From assembly GCA_965240325.2 (NCBI GenBank), contig CBDEKP020000003.1, forward strand, positions 1 through 22,701: 22,701 nucleotides of DNA, read 5' to 3'. Each line of letters opens with the position of its first letter. The stretch's first letter is position 1. This document shows positions 1 to 11,416 of this stretch, piece after piece. The position numbers and the translations under genes are program-made. The notes beneath the pieces were generated by a model that was given only the letters and a program-made list of their open reading frames with translations, searched no databases and was not told the DNA's origin. The DNA comes from Rebecca billardiae RCC1528 (Eukaryota; Protista; Haptophyta).

Positions 1-979
1 CCGCGCGTGCTACTTGTGTGTTACATGGCGGTACTGTATAGCTGCCTAGACATGTCAGAAGGCCAGTCCCTGAGTAAGCTGCCGCGCACGGGCGCTGGTG
101 CCTGTGTCCTGAGTGTTTGTGTGGCCAGGCTTGAGGCTGCTGCCAAGCTCTGCGCAGAGTGCGTTGTCTGCGGTCTACCGCACTTCGCAGTCAGCAGCGG
201 TGTGTGGCAGATGCATCTCCTGCCGTTGCCAGTCTCGGCCCGCCAAGGCGCGCATCGCAGCCGCAAGCGACGGTGTTTATCTTCACTGGCGTTGTGCCAC
301 GGAACTACCTCCAGGAGGTGCTGCGCCGTGAGCGCGCGCGCCATGGTGGCGGCGGCTGATCAGCATGGCCGCCTGGCACTCCCCAGCCCATCGCGCGTGC
401 CGCTCAGGAGGCGGGTCAGGGCGCAAGATGACAGCGGGGGCGGTGGCGGCAGGCGGAGCGTGGTGATTCCTCGTGCGCGCAACGCTGGCGCGCCTTCGCC
501 ATTCTCGCCAGCTTGGCCGGCACGGGTGCCGGCCGGGTGCTCGGCGGTGCGCTCGTGGGGCTCCGCGGCCGCGCGCGAGCGAGTGACGGGTGTCGAGGTC
601 GGCCCGGGCGGTGCGAGAGGGTTCATCAGTCCACTCTACGGCCCCCCACGCGGTACGAGCCAATAGGCCGCAACGGTTGGCGCCCGAGGGCCCGCCAAGG
701 GGTCGCGTGCACTCCGGCGGGTGGAACGCACTGCTGTTTCCCCAAGCGGGCTCGCGTCGAGCCCGCTCGGCCGTTTCGGGGCGATGGCCGACGCGACGGG
801 AGTGGTGGGTTTGGCAGTCCGCGGCGGTTATCGCGTTATGACTGCCGCGTCGCTGCTCCGCCGCCGCCCGTGCCCCTCCCCGCTAGGTGGGGGTACCCGG
901 CCGGACGCGGGCTCGGCGCTCGCAGCGGCATCGCCGGAGTGACCGGACGGCGACGAGATGTGAGTCGGAACAGGGCAGT

Positions 980-1010
980 CACTACAAAAAGTCTCCGCTG
1001 GCGGAGCATC
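980..1010 (+). repeat. Left terminal inverted repeat (31 bp perfect, CACTA-start)
   Basis: CACTACAAAAAGTCTCCGCTGGCGGAGCATC is the reverse complement of 9920-9950. Confidence 0.9.
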
Positions 1011-3135
1011 GTGGGAGACCCAGACCCTCCGCAGGCGGAGATTTTTGTGGCCACGAAAAATCCCCGCTGGCGGAGCATGGGCGTTCCACGAATGCTCCGC
1101 TGGTAGAGCCTCGGCTAGGCCAATGTCATTATTGATGACTGACTTGACTTGAGCTGAGCTCCGCTGGCGGAGCTTTGGTGGCGGAGCATGTCATATTGGA
1201 GTGATGCGTAGCCGTCAACCGTCATCAGAATCCATATGACAGTATCCACACTCAACCTCCGCTGGCGGAGCTCGCAGACCTATTTGACTTGAACTGAGCT
1301 CCGCTGGCGGAGCCTCGACTGAGCCGAATGTCATTATTAATGACCCACTTGACTAGTGAACAGAGCTCCACTGGCGGAGCCTCGGCTGCGCCGAATGTTA
1401 TTGTTGACGACCCACTTGACTTGAACTGAGCTCCGCTGGCGGAGCTTTGGTGGCGCCGTATGTCATATTGGAGTAATGCGAAGCCGTTAACCGTAATCAT
1501 CATCCATATTGGCACTACGTAACTTCCGCTGGCGGAGCTCGCAGACCTATTGAACTTGAACTAAGCTCCGCTGGCGGAGCCTCGGCTGCGCCGAATTTCA
1601 TTATTATTAATGACCCACTTAACTAGTGGACTGAGCTCCACTGGCGGAGCCTCGGCTGCGCCGAATGTTATTGTTGACGACCCACTTGACTTGAACTGAG
1701 CTCCGCTGGCGGAGCTAATTGGTGGCGCCGTATGTCATATATTGGAGTAATGCGAAGCCGTTAACCGTAATCATCATCCATATTCACACCTAACCTCCGC
1801 TGGCGGAGCCCATTGGCCTATTCGACTTGAACAGAGCTCCGCTGGCGGAGCCTCGGCTGCGCCGAATGTGATTATTAATGACCCACTTGACTAGTGAACA
1901 GAGCTCCACTGGCGGAGCCTCGGCTGCGCCGAATGTTATTGTTGACGACCCACTTGACTTGAACTGAGCTCCGCTGGCGCGGAGCTTTGGTGGCGCCGTA
2001 TGTCATATTGGAGTAATGCGAAGCCGTTAACCGTAATCATCATCCATATTCACACGTAACCTCCGCTGGCGGAGCCCACTGGCCTATTCGACTCGAACTG
2101 AGCTCCGCTGGCGGAGCCTCGGCTGCGCCGAATGTCATTATTAATAATGACCCACTTGACTAGTGAACAGAGCTCCACTGGCGGAGCCTCGGCTGCGCCG
2201 AATGTTATTGTTGACGACCCACTTGACTTGAACTGAGCTCCGCTGGCGGAGCTTTGGTGGCGCCGTATGTCATATTGGAGTAATGCGAAGCCGTTAACCG
2301 TAATCATCATCCATATTCACACGTAACCTCCGCTGGCGGAGCCCACTGGCCTATTCGACTCGAACTGAGCTCCGCTGGCGGAGCCTCGGCTGCGCCGAAT
2401 GTCATTATTAATAATGACCCACTTGACTAGTGAACAGAGCTCCACTGGCGGAGCCTCGGCTGCGCCGAATGTTATTGTTGACGACCCACCTGACTTGAAC
2501 TGAGCTCCGCTGGCGGAGCTTTGGTGGCACCGTATGATTGTCATATCGGAGTGATGCGTAGCCTTCAACCGTCATCAGAATCCATATGACAGTATCCACG
2601 CTCAACCTCCGCTGGCGGAGCTCGCAGACCTATTTGACTTGAACTGAGCTCCGCTGGCGGAGCCTCGACTGCGCCGAATGTCATATTATTAATGACCCAC
2701 TTGACTAGTGAACTGAGCTCCACTGGCGGAGCCTCGGCTGCGCCGAATGTTATTGTTGACGACCCACTTGACTTGAACTGAGCTCCGCTGGCGCGGAGCT
2801 TTGGTGGCGCCGTATGTCATATTGGAGTAATGCGAATCGTAAATAACCGTAATCATATCCATATTGACACTCAACCTCCGCTGGCCGAGCTCGCTGATCT
2901 ATTCGACTCGAACTGAGCTCCGCTGGCGGAGCCTCGGCTGCGCCGAATGTCATTATTAATGACCCACTTGACTTGAATTGAGCTCCGCTGGCGGAGCTTT
3001 GGTGGCGCCGTATGTCATATTGGAGTAATGCGAATCGTAAATAACCGTAATCATATCCATATTGACACTCAACCTCCGCTGGCCGAGCTCGCTGATCTAT
3101 TCGACTCGAACCGAGCTCCGCTGGCGGAGCCTCGG
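993..3135 (+). repeat. Left subterminal array: hairpin motif (GAG)CTCCGCTGGCGGAG(C) in a ~265-bp higher-order repeat
   Basis: About 30-35 motif copies counted by eye, separated by four recurring linker types. CACACGTAACCTCCGC recurs at 2051 and 2318, giving a 267-bp period. Confidence 0.92.
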
Positions 3136-4940
3136 CTTGCGGTTTGCTGCAATTGGGGCTGGGCTCAGCATGGGGCAGCTGTTCTGCACAGCCCAGGCGG
3201 GGCGTCACCGCCTGTGGGCCGCCGGTGGGCAGGGCCGACGGCGTCGCAGAGCTCATGCGTGGGAGCAGCGCGTTGAGGAAGCGATCAAGGTCGAGAAGGA
3301 AGGGGCAAGCAGCAGGGGCTGCCGGTACGGTACGTTTGTACATGCCTCCACACCGGTGCACATCACCCTTGCTCACTGCAGTGAACAGTGCTGTCACTCA
3401 TCTCATCCTCGCTCACCATGCAGTGACGGCCGAGCTGCGGCAAACACTCACCGGCACCGAACACGCATCGGCGGTGCCCGCTGGCGCTGGCATCATGCTG
3501 TCCTCTACTTGCTGTCGGACAGCATTAGGAGACGGCACCGCCGCATTTCTGCGAGCGGGCGAGGTGCTGTCCTCTACTCAGCGAGGCTGAGAGGCTGAGC
3601 ACGGATCACGGATGGTGAGCCCTGGTATCTCAACGCATCCAGGAGAGCAGTTGGTGCATGACTGTGCTCAGACGTGCAGGACCAACCATCCGGTGCTGCT
3701 TCAAGCACCCGCGCCAACAGCGGCGGCACTCAACTCCACGCTGCTGATGCGGCCGCACGGCTGCAGGGATGGCACCACGGCGGGCGACGGCGGGCGCAGC
3801 AGCTCGCAGCTCAAAGTTGCGCGCCAGTGGGGCCTGGGCGCCGGGCGCACCGAGCGCGGTGACGCTGCTCACCTCGCCCAGCACGCTGGAGCCGCTGTCA
3901 TCCGACGCTGCTGTGCCCGCGTCCAGCTTGGGCTGCAGCAGCTGCGCTCGACTCCTCGCCGAGTGCGGCGGCAGCAGCGGGGATGGTACCACGGCGGGCG
4001 GCGGCTATCACTTCAGCTGGCAGCTCGGCGGCTCTCGCCTGAGGGGCCTGGACGGTGGATGCACCGAGCGCGGTGACGCTGCTCGCCTCGCCCAGCGCGC
4101 TGGAGCCGCTGTCATCCGACGCTTCTGTGCCCGCGTCCAGCTTGGGCTGCAGCAGCTGCGCTCGACTCCTCGCCGAGTGCGGCGGCAGCAGCAGGGATGG
4201 TACCACGGCGGGCGGCGGCTATCACTTCAGCTGGCAGCTCGGCGGCTCTCGCCTGAGGGGCCTGGACGGTGGATGCACCGAGCGCGGTGACGCTGCTCGC
4301 CTCGCCCAGCGCGCTGGAGCCGCTGCCATCCGGCGCTGCGGTGTCCGCGCCCAGCCGGAGCAGAAAGAGGTGCGCTCGACTCCGCACCCGTGCGGCGGCA
4401 GCAGCAGGGATGGTATCAAGGCGGGCGGCGGCAGTCGCTGCAGCTGGCAGCTCGGTGGTGCCTGCCCGAGGGACCTGGGTGACGGACGCGCCGAGCGAGC
4501 TGACGCCCCTCGCCTCCCCTATCACGCTCGAGCCGCTGCCATTTGATGCTGCTGCAGCGTTCGGGCAGCTGCAGACTCTGCGCTCGACTCCACGCCGCGT
4601 GCGGCCGCAGGCAGCAGCAGCAGCGGGCCCGAGGGGCCTGGGCCACGGACGCGCCGAGCGCGGTGACGCCTCTCGCCTCGCTCAGCGCGCTGGAGCCGCT
4701 GCCACCGGGCGCTGCTGCGCCCGCGTCCAGCTTGGGCTGCAGCAGGCCGCTCAATCAACTCCTCGCCGAGTACGGCGGCAGCAGCAGGGACGTTGCCACG
4801 GCGGGCGGCGGCTATCACTTCAGCTGGCAGCTCGGTGGTGCCTGCCCGAGGGGCTTGGGTGGTGGATGCACCGAGCGCGGCGACGTCGCTCGCCTCGCCC
4901 AGCGCGCTGGAGCCGCTGCCATCCGGCGCTGCGTTGTCCG
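3136..4940 (+). repeat. Inner left arm of the long inverted repeat (pairs with ~6395-8195)
   Basis: Near-identical reverse complement of the right arm with scattered substitutions; the ORF track shows mirrored translations. Confidence 0.92.
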
Positions 4941-5250
4941 CGGCTCCGCGCCCCGCCGGGGCAGCTAGCTGTCACAGCTGGCAGCTGCGCTCGACTCCGC
5001 GCCAGTGGGAGGGATGATGCTTCGGCGGGCGGTGGCGGTCGATGCAGCTGGCATCTCGGTGGTGCGCGCCCGAGGGGCGTGACCGGCTTAGGCAGCAGCA
5101 GCTGCGCTCGACTCCGCGCCGAGTGCGGCTGCAGTAGCAGGGAAGGCGCCACGGCGGGCCGCGGTGGTGGATGCAGCGATCAGCTCGGTTGTGTGCGCGC
5201 GAGGGGCCTGGGCGGCAGACGCGCCCAATGCGGTGACGCTGATGCACGCG
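3745..5250 (+). repeat. GC-rich tandem repeat, ~214-bp unit, about 7 variably degenerate copies
   Basis: GGATGGTACCACGGCGGGCGGCGG at 3981 and 4195 gives a period of 214. This is not a multiple of 3, and the same peptides recur in shifting frames, so it is non-coding. Confidence 0.88.
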
Positions 5251-6109
5251 TCCGATATGCTGGCCAGCAGCAGCCGTTGTGACACTTCTTCCGCCGGCTG
5301 ACGGCAGCAGGCGGTACCTCGGTCACATCGGTGAATTCGAATCGGGGAGAACCCGGCAGGCTTCAGTCCCGGACACTGCTGCCTGCCAATGACCTGTGAG
5401 GGCCGCAGGCCTTCCGGGGCGCGGGAGCCGCTGCGGTCAGCTCTTTGAGCTAGCCCGGCGCCGGGCGCGCGAACAAGTATGGCCCGGCGTAGGTGAGGCC
5501 GAGCAAGGCGCGCCGCCGAAGTGCCGCGGCCCAGATCTCAGCGCACGCACCATCAGTACTACGACATCACTGTGCAGCGGATATGGCTATGCATCAGATA
5601 GCACTGCTGATATGACTGATGATGATGATCCGCCGCGCGGAGCCCGACTACCAGTAGCAGGCGCAAATGATCCGAGCTGAGTACGTAAGTAGCCCGTGTC
5701 CAGTGGCGGTGTCACACTTATGACTCCGGAATCGGAGGAGTCGTTATCGTCATCGTCATCAACTCATCATCATGACGAAGATGCAATATAGCGGTCAGGC
5801 GGACCTGCGCCTCCATATGCCGTCAATATAGTGCTGAGGGCGGGGCCGGCAGCGTAGTAGCTTACTACTACTATCGATAAAGGAATAGCGCCCTCATAAT
5901 AACAGTAGCTGCGTGTGACCCGTCACCGCGTTCTCAAAACTCCTGCGCTGATGATGATTGGGACTCGGACGTACGCCGTACGTCTTAAGCCTATACCGGC
6001 GTGCGGTCGCCAGTTAATTCATGCGGCCCCTGCGACTCAGCGGCTCACCCACCTGGTTCATACGCAGCAACCGAGCAGTCACGGAGATCTGACAGCAGCT
6101 GTTAATCAC

Positions 6110-7585
6110 CAGCCTGCTGCTGCTGCTGCCTGCGGCCGCACGCGGCGTGGAGTCGAGCGCAGAGTCTGCAGCTGCCCGAACGCTGCAGCAGCATCAAACG
6201 GCAGCGGCTCGAGCGTGATAGGGGAGGCGAGGGGCGTCAGCTCGCTCGGCGCGTCCGTCGCCAAGGTCCCTCGGGCAGGCACCACCGAGCTACCAGCTGC
6301 AGCGACTGCCGCCGCCCGCCGTGATACCATCCCTGCTGCTGCCGCCGCACGGGTGCGGAGTCGAGCGCGCCTCCTGATGCTCCGGCTGGGTGCGGACACC
6401 GCAGCGCCGGATGGCAGCGGCTCCAGCGCGCTGGGCGCGGCGAGCGACGCCACCACGCTCGGTGCATCCACCGTCCAGGCCCCGGCAGGCACCACCGAGC
6501 TGCCAGCTGAAGTGATAGCCGCCGCCCGCCGTGGCAACGTCCCTGCTGCTGCCGCCGTACTCGGCGAGGAGTTGATTGAGCGGCCTGCTGCAGCCCAAGC
6601 TGGACGCGGGCGCAGCAGCGCCCGGTGGCAGCGGCTCCAGCGCGCTGAGCGAGGCGAGAGGCGTCACCGCGCTCGGCGCGTCCGTGGCCCAGGCCCCTCG
6701 GGCCCGCTGCTGCTGCTGCCTGCGGCCGCACGCGGCGTGGAGTCGAGCGCAGAGTCTGCAGCTGCCCGAACGCTGCAGCAGCATCAAATGGCAGCGGCTC
6801 GAGCGTGATAGGGGAGGCGAGGGGCGTCAGCTCGCTCGGCGCGTCCGTCGCCCAGGTCCCTCGGGCAGGCACCACCGAGCTGCCAGCTGCAGCGACTGCC
6901 GCCGCCCGCCTTGATACCATCCCTGCTGCTGCCGCCGCACGGGTGCGGAGTCGAGCGCACCTCTTTCTGCTCCGGCTGGGCGCGGACACCGCAGCACCGG
7001 ATGGCAGCGGCTCCAGCGCGCTGGGCGAGGCGAGCAGCGTCACCGCGCTCGGTGCGTCCACCGTCCAGGCCCCTCAGGCGAGAGCCGCCGAGCTGCCAGC
7101 CAAAGTGATAGCCGCCGCCCGCCGTGGTACCATCCCTGCTGCTGCCGCCGCACTCGGCGAGGAGTCGAGCGCAACTGCTGCAGCCCAAGCTGGACGCGGG
7201 CACAGCAGCGCCCGGTAGCAGCGGCTCCAGCGCGCTGGGCGAGGCGAGCAGCGTCACCGCGCTCGGTGCGTCCACCGTCCAGGCCCCTCAGGCGAGAGCC
7301 GCCGAGCTGCCAGCTGCGGCGACTGCCGCCGCCCGCCGTGGCACCATCCCCGCTGCTGCCGCCGCACTTGGCGCGGAGTCGAGCGCAGCTGCTGCAGCCC
7401 AAGCTGGACGCGGGCACAGCAGCGTCGGATGACAGCGGCTCCAGCGCGCTGGGCGAGGTGAGCAGCGTCACCGCGCTCGGTGCGCCCGGCGCCCAGGCCC
7501 CACTGGCGCGCAACTTTGAGCTGCGAGCTGCTGCGCCCGCCGTCGCCCGCCGTGGTACCATCCCTGCAGCCGTGCGGCCGCATCA
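6110..7585 (-). repeat. GC-rich ~214-bp tandem repeat, inverted copy
   Basis: Reverse complement of the 3745-5250 units. The innermost units (6110-6395) are arranged differently from the left arm. Confidence 0.88.
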
Positions 7586-8195
7586 ACAGCGTGGAGTTGA
7601 GTGCCGCCGCTGTTGGCGCGGGTGCTTGAAGCAGCACCGGATGGTTGGTCCTGCACGTCTGAGCACAGTCATGCACCAACTGCTCTCCTGGATGCGTTGA
7701 GATACCAGGGCTCACCATCCGTGATCCGTGCTCAGCCTCTCAGCCTCGCTGAGTAGAGGACAGCACCTCGCCCGCTCGCAGAAATGCGGCGGTGCCGTCT
7801 CCTAATGCTGTCCGACAGCAAGTAGAGGACAGCATGATGCCAGCGCCAGCGGGCACCGCCGATGCGTGTTCGGTGCCGGTGAGTGTTTGCCGCAGCTCGG
7901 CCGTCACTGCATGGTGAGCGAGGATGAGATGAGTGACAGCACTGTTCACTGCAGTGAGCAAGGGTGATGTGCACCGGTGTGGAGGCATGTACAAACGTAC
8001 CGTACCGGCAGCCCCTGCTGCTTGCCCCTTCCTTCTCGACCTTGATCGCTTCCTCAACGCGCTGCTCCCACGCACGAGCTCTGCGACGCCGTCGGCCCTG
8101 CCCACCGGCGGCCCACAGGCGGTGACGCCCCGCCTGGGCTGTGCAGAACAGCTGCCCCATGCTGAGCCCAGCCCCAATTGCAGCAAACCGCAAGC
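6395..8195 (-). repeat. Inner right arm of the long inverted repeat
   Basis: Mirror of 3136-4940 (coordinate sum ~11330). Confidence 0.92.
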
Positions 8196-9937
8196 CGAGG
8201 CTCCGCCAGCGGAGCTCGGTTCGAGTCGAATAGATCAGCGAGCTCGGCCAGCGGAGGTTGAGTGTCAATATGGATATGATTACGGTTATTTACGATTCGC
8301 ATTACTCCAATATGACATACGGCGCCACCAAAGCTCCGCCAGCGGAGCTCAATTCAAGTCAAGTGGGTCATTAATAATGACATTCGGCGCAGCCGAGGCT
8401 CCGCCAGCGGAGCTCAGTTCGAGTCGAATAGATCAGCGAGCTCGGCCAGCGGAGGTTGAGTGTCAATATGGATATGATTACGGTTATTTACGATTCGCAT
8501 TACTCCAATATGACATACGCCGCCACCAAAGCTCTGCCAGCGGAGGTCAATTCAAGTCAAGTGGGTCATTAATAATGACATTCGGCGCAGTCGAGGCTCC
8601 GCCAGTGGAGCTCAGTTCAAGTCCAATAGGTCGATCTGCGAGCTCCGCCAGCGGAGGTTACGTGTCAATATGGATGATATGATTACGGTCAACGGCTTCG
8701 CATTACTCCAATATGACGTACGGCGCCACCAAAGCTCCGCCAGCGGAGCTCAGTTCAAGTCAAGTGGGTCATCAATAATGACATTCGGCGCAGCCGAGGC
8801 TCCGCCAGCGGAGCTTAGTTCAAGTTCAATAGGTCTGCGAGCTCCGCCAGCGGAGGTTACGTGCCAATATGGATGATGATGATGATTACGGTTAACGGCT
8901 TCGCATTACTCCAATATGACACTGATACGGCGCCACCAAAGCTCCGCCAGCGGAGCTCAGTTCAAGTCAAGTGGGTCGTCAACAATAACATTCGGCGCAG
9001 CCGAGGCTCCGCCAATGGAGCTCAGTTCACTAGTCTAGTGGGTCATTAATAATGACATTCGGCGCAGCCGAGGCTCCGCCAGCGGAGCTCAGTTCAAGTC
9101 GAATAGGCCAGTGGGCTTCGCCAGCGGAGGTTACGTGTCAATATGGATGATGATTACGACGATTAACGGCTTCGCATTACTCCAATATGACATACGGCGC
9201 CACCAAAGCTCCGCCAGCGGAGCTCAGTTCAAGTCAAGTGGGTCGTCAACAATACCATTCGGCGCAGCCGAGGCTCCGCCAGTGGAGCTCAGTCCACTAG
9301 TCAAGTGGGTCATTAATAATGAAATTCGGCGCAGCCGAGGCTCCGCCAGCGGAGCTTAGTTCAAGTTCAATAGGTCTGCGAGCTCCGCCAGCGGAGGTTA
9401 CGTGCCAATATGGATGATGATGATGATTACGGTTAACGGCTTCGCATTACTCCAATATGACACTGATACGGCGCCACCAAAGCTCCGCCAGCGGAGCTCA
9501 GTTCAAGTCAAGTGGGTCGTCAACAATAACATTCGGCGCAGCCGAGGCTCCGCCAATGGAGCTCAGTTCACTAGTCTAGTGGGTCATTAATAATGACATT
9601 CGGCGCAGCCGAGGCTCCGCCAGCGGAGCTCAGTTCAAGTCAAATAGGTCTGCGAGCTCCGCCAGCGGAGGTTGAGTGTGGATACTGTCATATGGATTCT
9701 GATGACGGTTGACGGCTACGCATCACTCCAATATGACATGCTCCGCCACCAAAGCTCCGCCAGCGGAGCTCAGCTCAAGTCAAGTCAGTCATCAATAATG
9801 ACATTGGCCTAGCCGAGGCTCCACCAGCGGAGCATTCGTGGAGCGCCCATGCTCCGCCAGCGGGGATTTTTCGTGGCCACAAAAATCTCCGCCTGCGGAG
9901 GGTCTGGGCCCCTTGCCCGGATGCTCCGCCAGCGGAG
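8196..9937 (-). repeat. Right subterminal array of the CTCCGCCAGCGGAG hairpin motif (inverted relative to the left array)
   Basis: Roughly 25-30 motif copies with the same linker types, but fewer and differently ordered units than the left array. Confidence 0.92.
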
Positions 9938-9950
9938 ACTTTTTGTAGTG
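9920..9950 (-). repeat. Right terminal inverted repeat (TAGTG end)
   Basis: GATGCTCCGCCAGCGGAGACTTTTTGTAGTG. Confidence 0.9.
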
Positions 9951-10280
9951 ACTCTTCTGGTCGGAAGCAGCTCGCCTTTGCGGCGCGGGTACCAAGCGGA
10001 AAGTGAGCGTACCTGCAGGCGGGCCGACCCTCTCGGCGTGACAGGCGCACCTTCGGGGCCGGTCAGGGCAGCCCACGTCGTGCAGTCGACCGCTTCCGCC
10101 GCGACTGCCCCCCGGCGCACCCTGCCCCGGCCGACGCCTGAGCACAGCGGCCCCGCCCGGGCCCGGGGCCCCCGGGCGGCAGGCCGCGGCGGCGCCGGCA
10201 CACTCACGGACAGCCAGCGGCGCTCCTCCGCCTCCTTCGTTCTTCGTTCCTCGGTGTCCCCTCGGTGTGGCGAGCAGCGC

Positions 10281-11025
10281 GCGCATTCATCCCGCCCGGC
10301 CTCATGAAATTGCACCCGTGCTGCTTCTGGGTCGCCTGCGGCTTCCGGCGCTGGGCGCACAGTGGAGCGGAGTGTGAGGGGGCGGTGCGCTGCCGTCCAT
10401 CGTGCGCGCTCTTCGCTCGTCACCACCCTCTGCCTCGCTCGAGCGAGGCGCGCGCTCCGCGCATTCTGCCTCGCTCGTGCGCCAGCGCGCTATTATCCTG
10501 GGGATGACGCGTGCATCCGTGCTGCTTCGGCGTCCTCCTGCACCGTCCGGCGGCCGAGCGCACAGCGGGGCGACGCGGGAGGTGCCGGTGCAGGGGCGTC
10601 CGTCGCGGTCACTCAGCGCTCATCGCCATCTGCTTCGCTCGAGCGAGAGCGCCCTCAGCGCATTCATCACGCCCGGCCTCATGCAATTGCACCAGTGCTG
10701 CTTCGGGGTCCCCTGCGGCTTCCGGCGCTGGGCGCACAGCGGAGCGGAGCGCGAGGGAGCGGTGCGCTGCCGCCCGTCGTGCGCGCTCCTAGCTCACCAC
10801 CCTCTGCTTCGCTCGAACGAGCCGCGCGCTCCGCGCCTTCTGCTTCGCTCGAGCTCGAGCGCGCTTGTATCCTGGGGATGACGACGAGTGCATCAGTGCT
10901 ACTCCTCCTGCAGCGTCCGGCGGCTGAGCGCGCAGCGGGGCGCCGCGGGAGGTGCCGGTGCGCGGGCGTCCGTCGCGGTCACTCAGCGCTCATCGCCGTC
11001 TGCTTCGCTCGCGCGAGAGCGCACT
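10281..11025 (+). repeat. Diverged tandem duplication, ~377-bp unit x2
   Basis: GCGCATTCATC[C/A]CGCCCGGCCTCATG at 10281 and 10658, with colinear similarity along the whole unit. Confidence 0.85.
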
Positions 11026-11274
11026 CATCATCACCTTCCGCCACCTCGCTCGAGCTGTGGATGGAGCGCGCTTCGGCGGGGCGGGCAGTGGCCACATCCA
11101 TGCTGCTACTTCTACGTCCTTCGGCAGCGCGCGAAGGCGGGGCGCATATCGATACGGACCAAGCCGCTCGCACGCGGCATGCTCGTGTCACGCACGCCGC
11201 CGCCGCTCGCCGCCGCTCGCCTGAACCCGCACTCGCGCGGCTGCGTGTCAGCCTGCGCCCAACTTCTCCGAGCG

Positions 11275-11406
11275 TCACATGCGCGTAACTTTGCTCCTTA
11301 CATGCGCGTGTCTTTGCGCCTCACTGCGCCTAACCTCTCCGCGCATCACATGCGCCTAACTTTGCGCCTTACATGTGCGTAACTTCGCGTGTCACTTGCG
11401 CCTAAC
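11275..11406 (+). repeat. Imperfect minisatellite, ~11-12 bp unit (AC[A/T]TGCGC[C/G]TA-like)
   Basis: ACATGCGCGTAACTTTGCTCCTTACATGCGCGTG...ACATGCGCCTAACTTTGCGCCTTACATGTGCGTAAC. Confidence 0.75.
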
Positions 11407-11416
11407 GGTCACTGAG

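Larger units (their letters stand above)
980..9950. mobile_element. Non-autonomous CACTA (En/Spm)-type element with giant foldback arms (~9 kb)
   Basis: Starts CACTACAAAAAGTCTCCGCTGGCGGAGCATC at 980 and ends with the exact reverse complement (...GAGACTTTTTGTAGTG) at 9950. CACTA/TAGTG ends plus subterminal repeat arrays are the En/Spm hallmark. Mirror ORF pairs have coordinates summing to 11330 (3144..3590/7740..8186; 3612..4076/7254..7718). No transposase is recognisable. Flanks are AGT and ACT, so there is no perfect 3-bp TSD. Confidence 0.8.

Noticed and set aside
7-666. 219-aa ORF and overlapping frames at the window start
   Set aside because: No recognisable motif, a non-ATG start and GC-rich sequence; it may be an exon fragment but cannot be supported.
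993-3135. CRISPR array
   Set aside because: The spacers are four recurring types of unequal length rather than unique sequences. There are no cas genes, the context is a eukaryotic telomere, and the array is mirrored at a transposon end.
1252-9590. Many ORFs inside the foldback element (FALLQYDIRRHQSS..., DAPSAVTLLASPS...)
   Set aside because: They are translations of DNA repeats. The same peptides recur in different frames and strands, and no domain motifs are visible.
980-9950. Palindromic read or assembly artefact
   Set aside because: The arms differ in unit number, order and substitutions, there is a unique loop, and symmetry stops within 3 bp of the CACTA ends. Read confirmation is still advisable.
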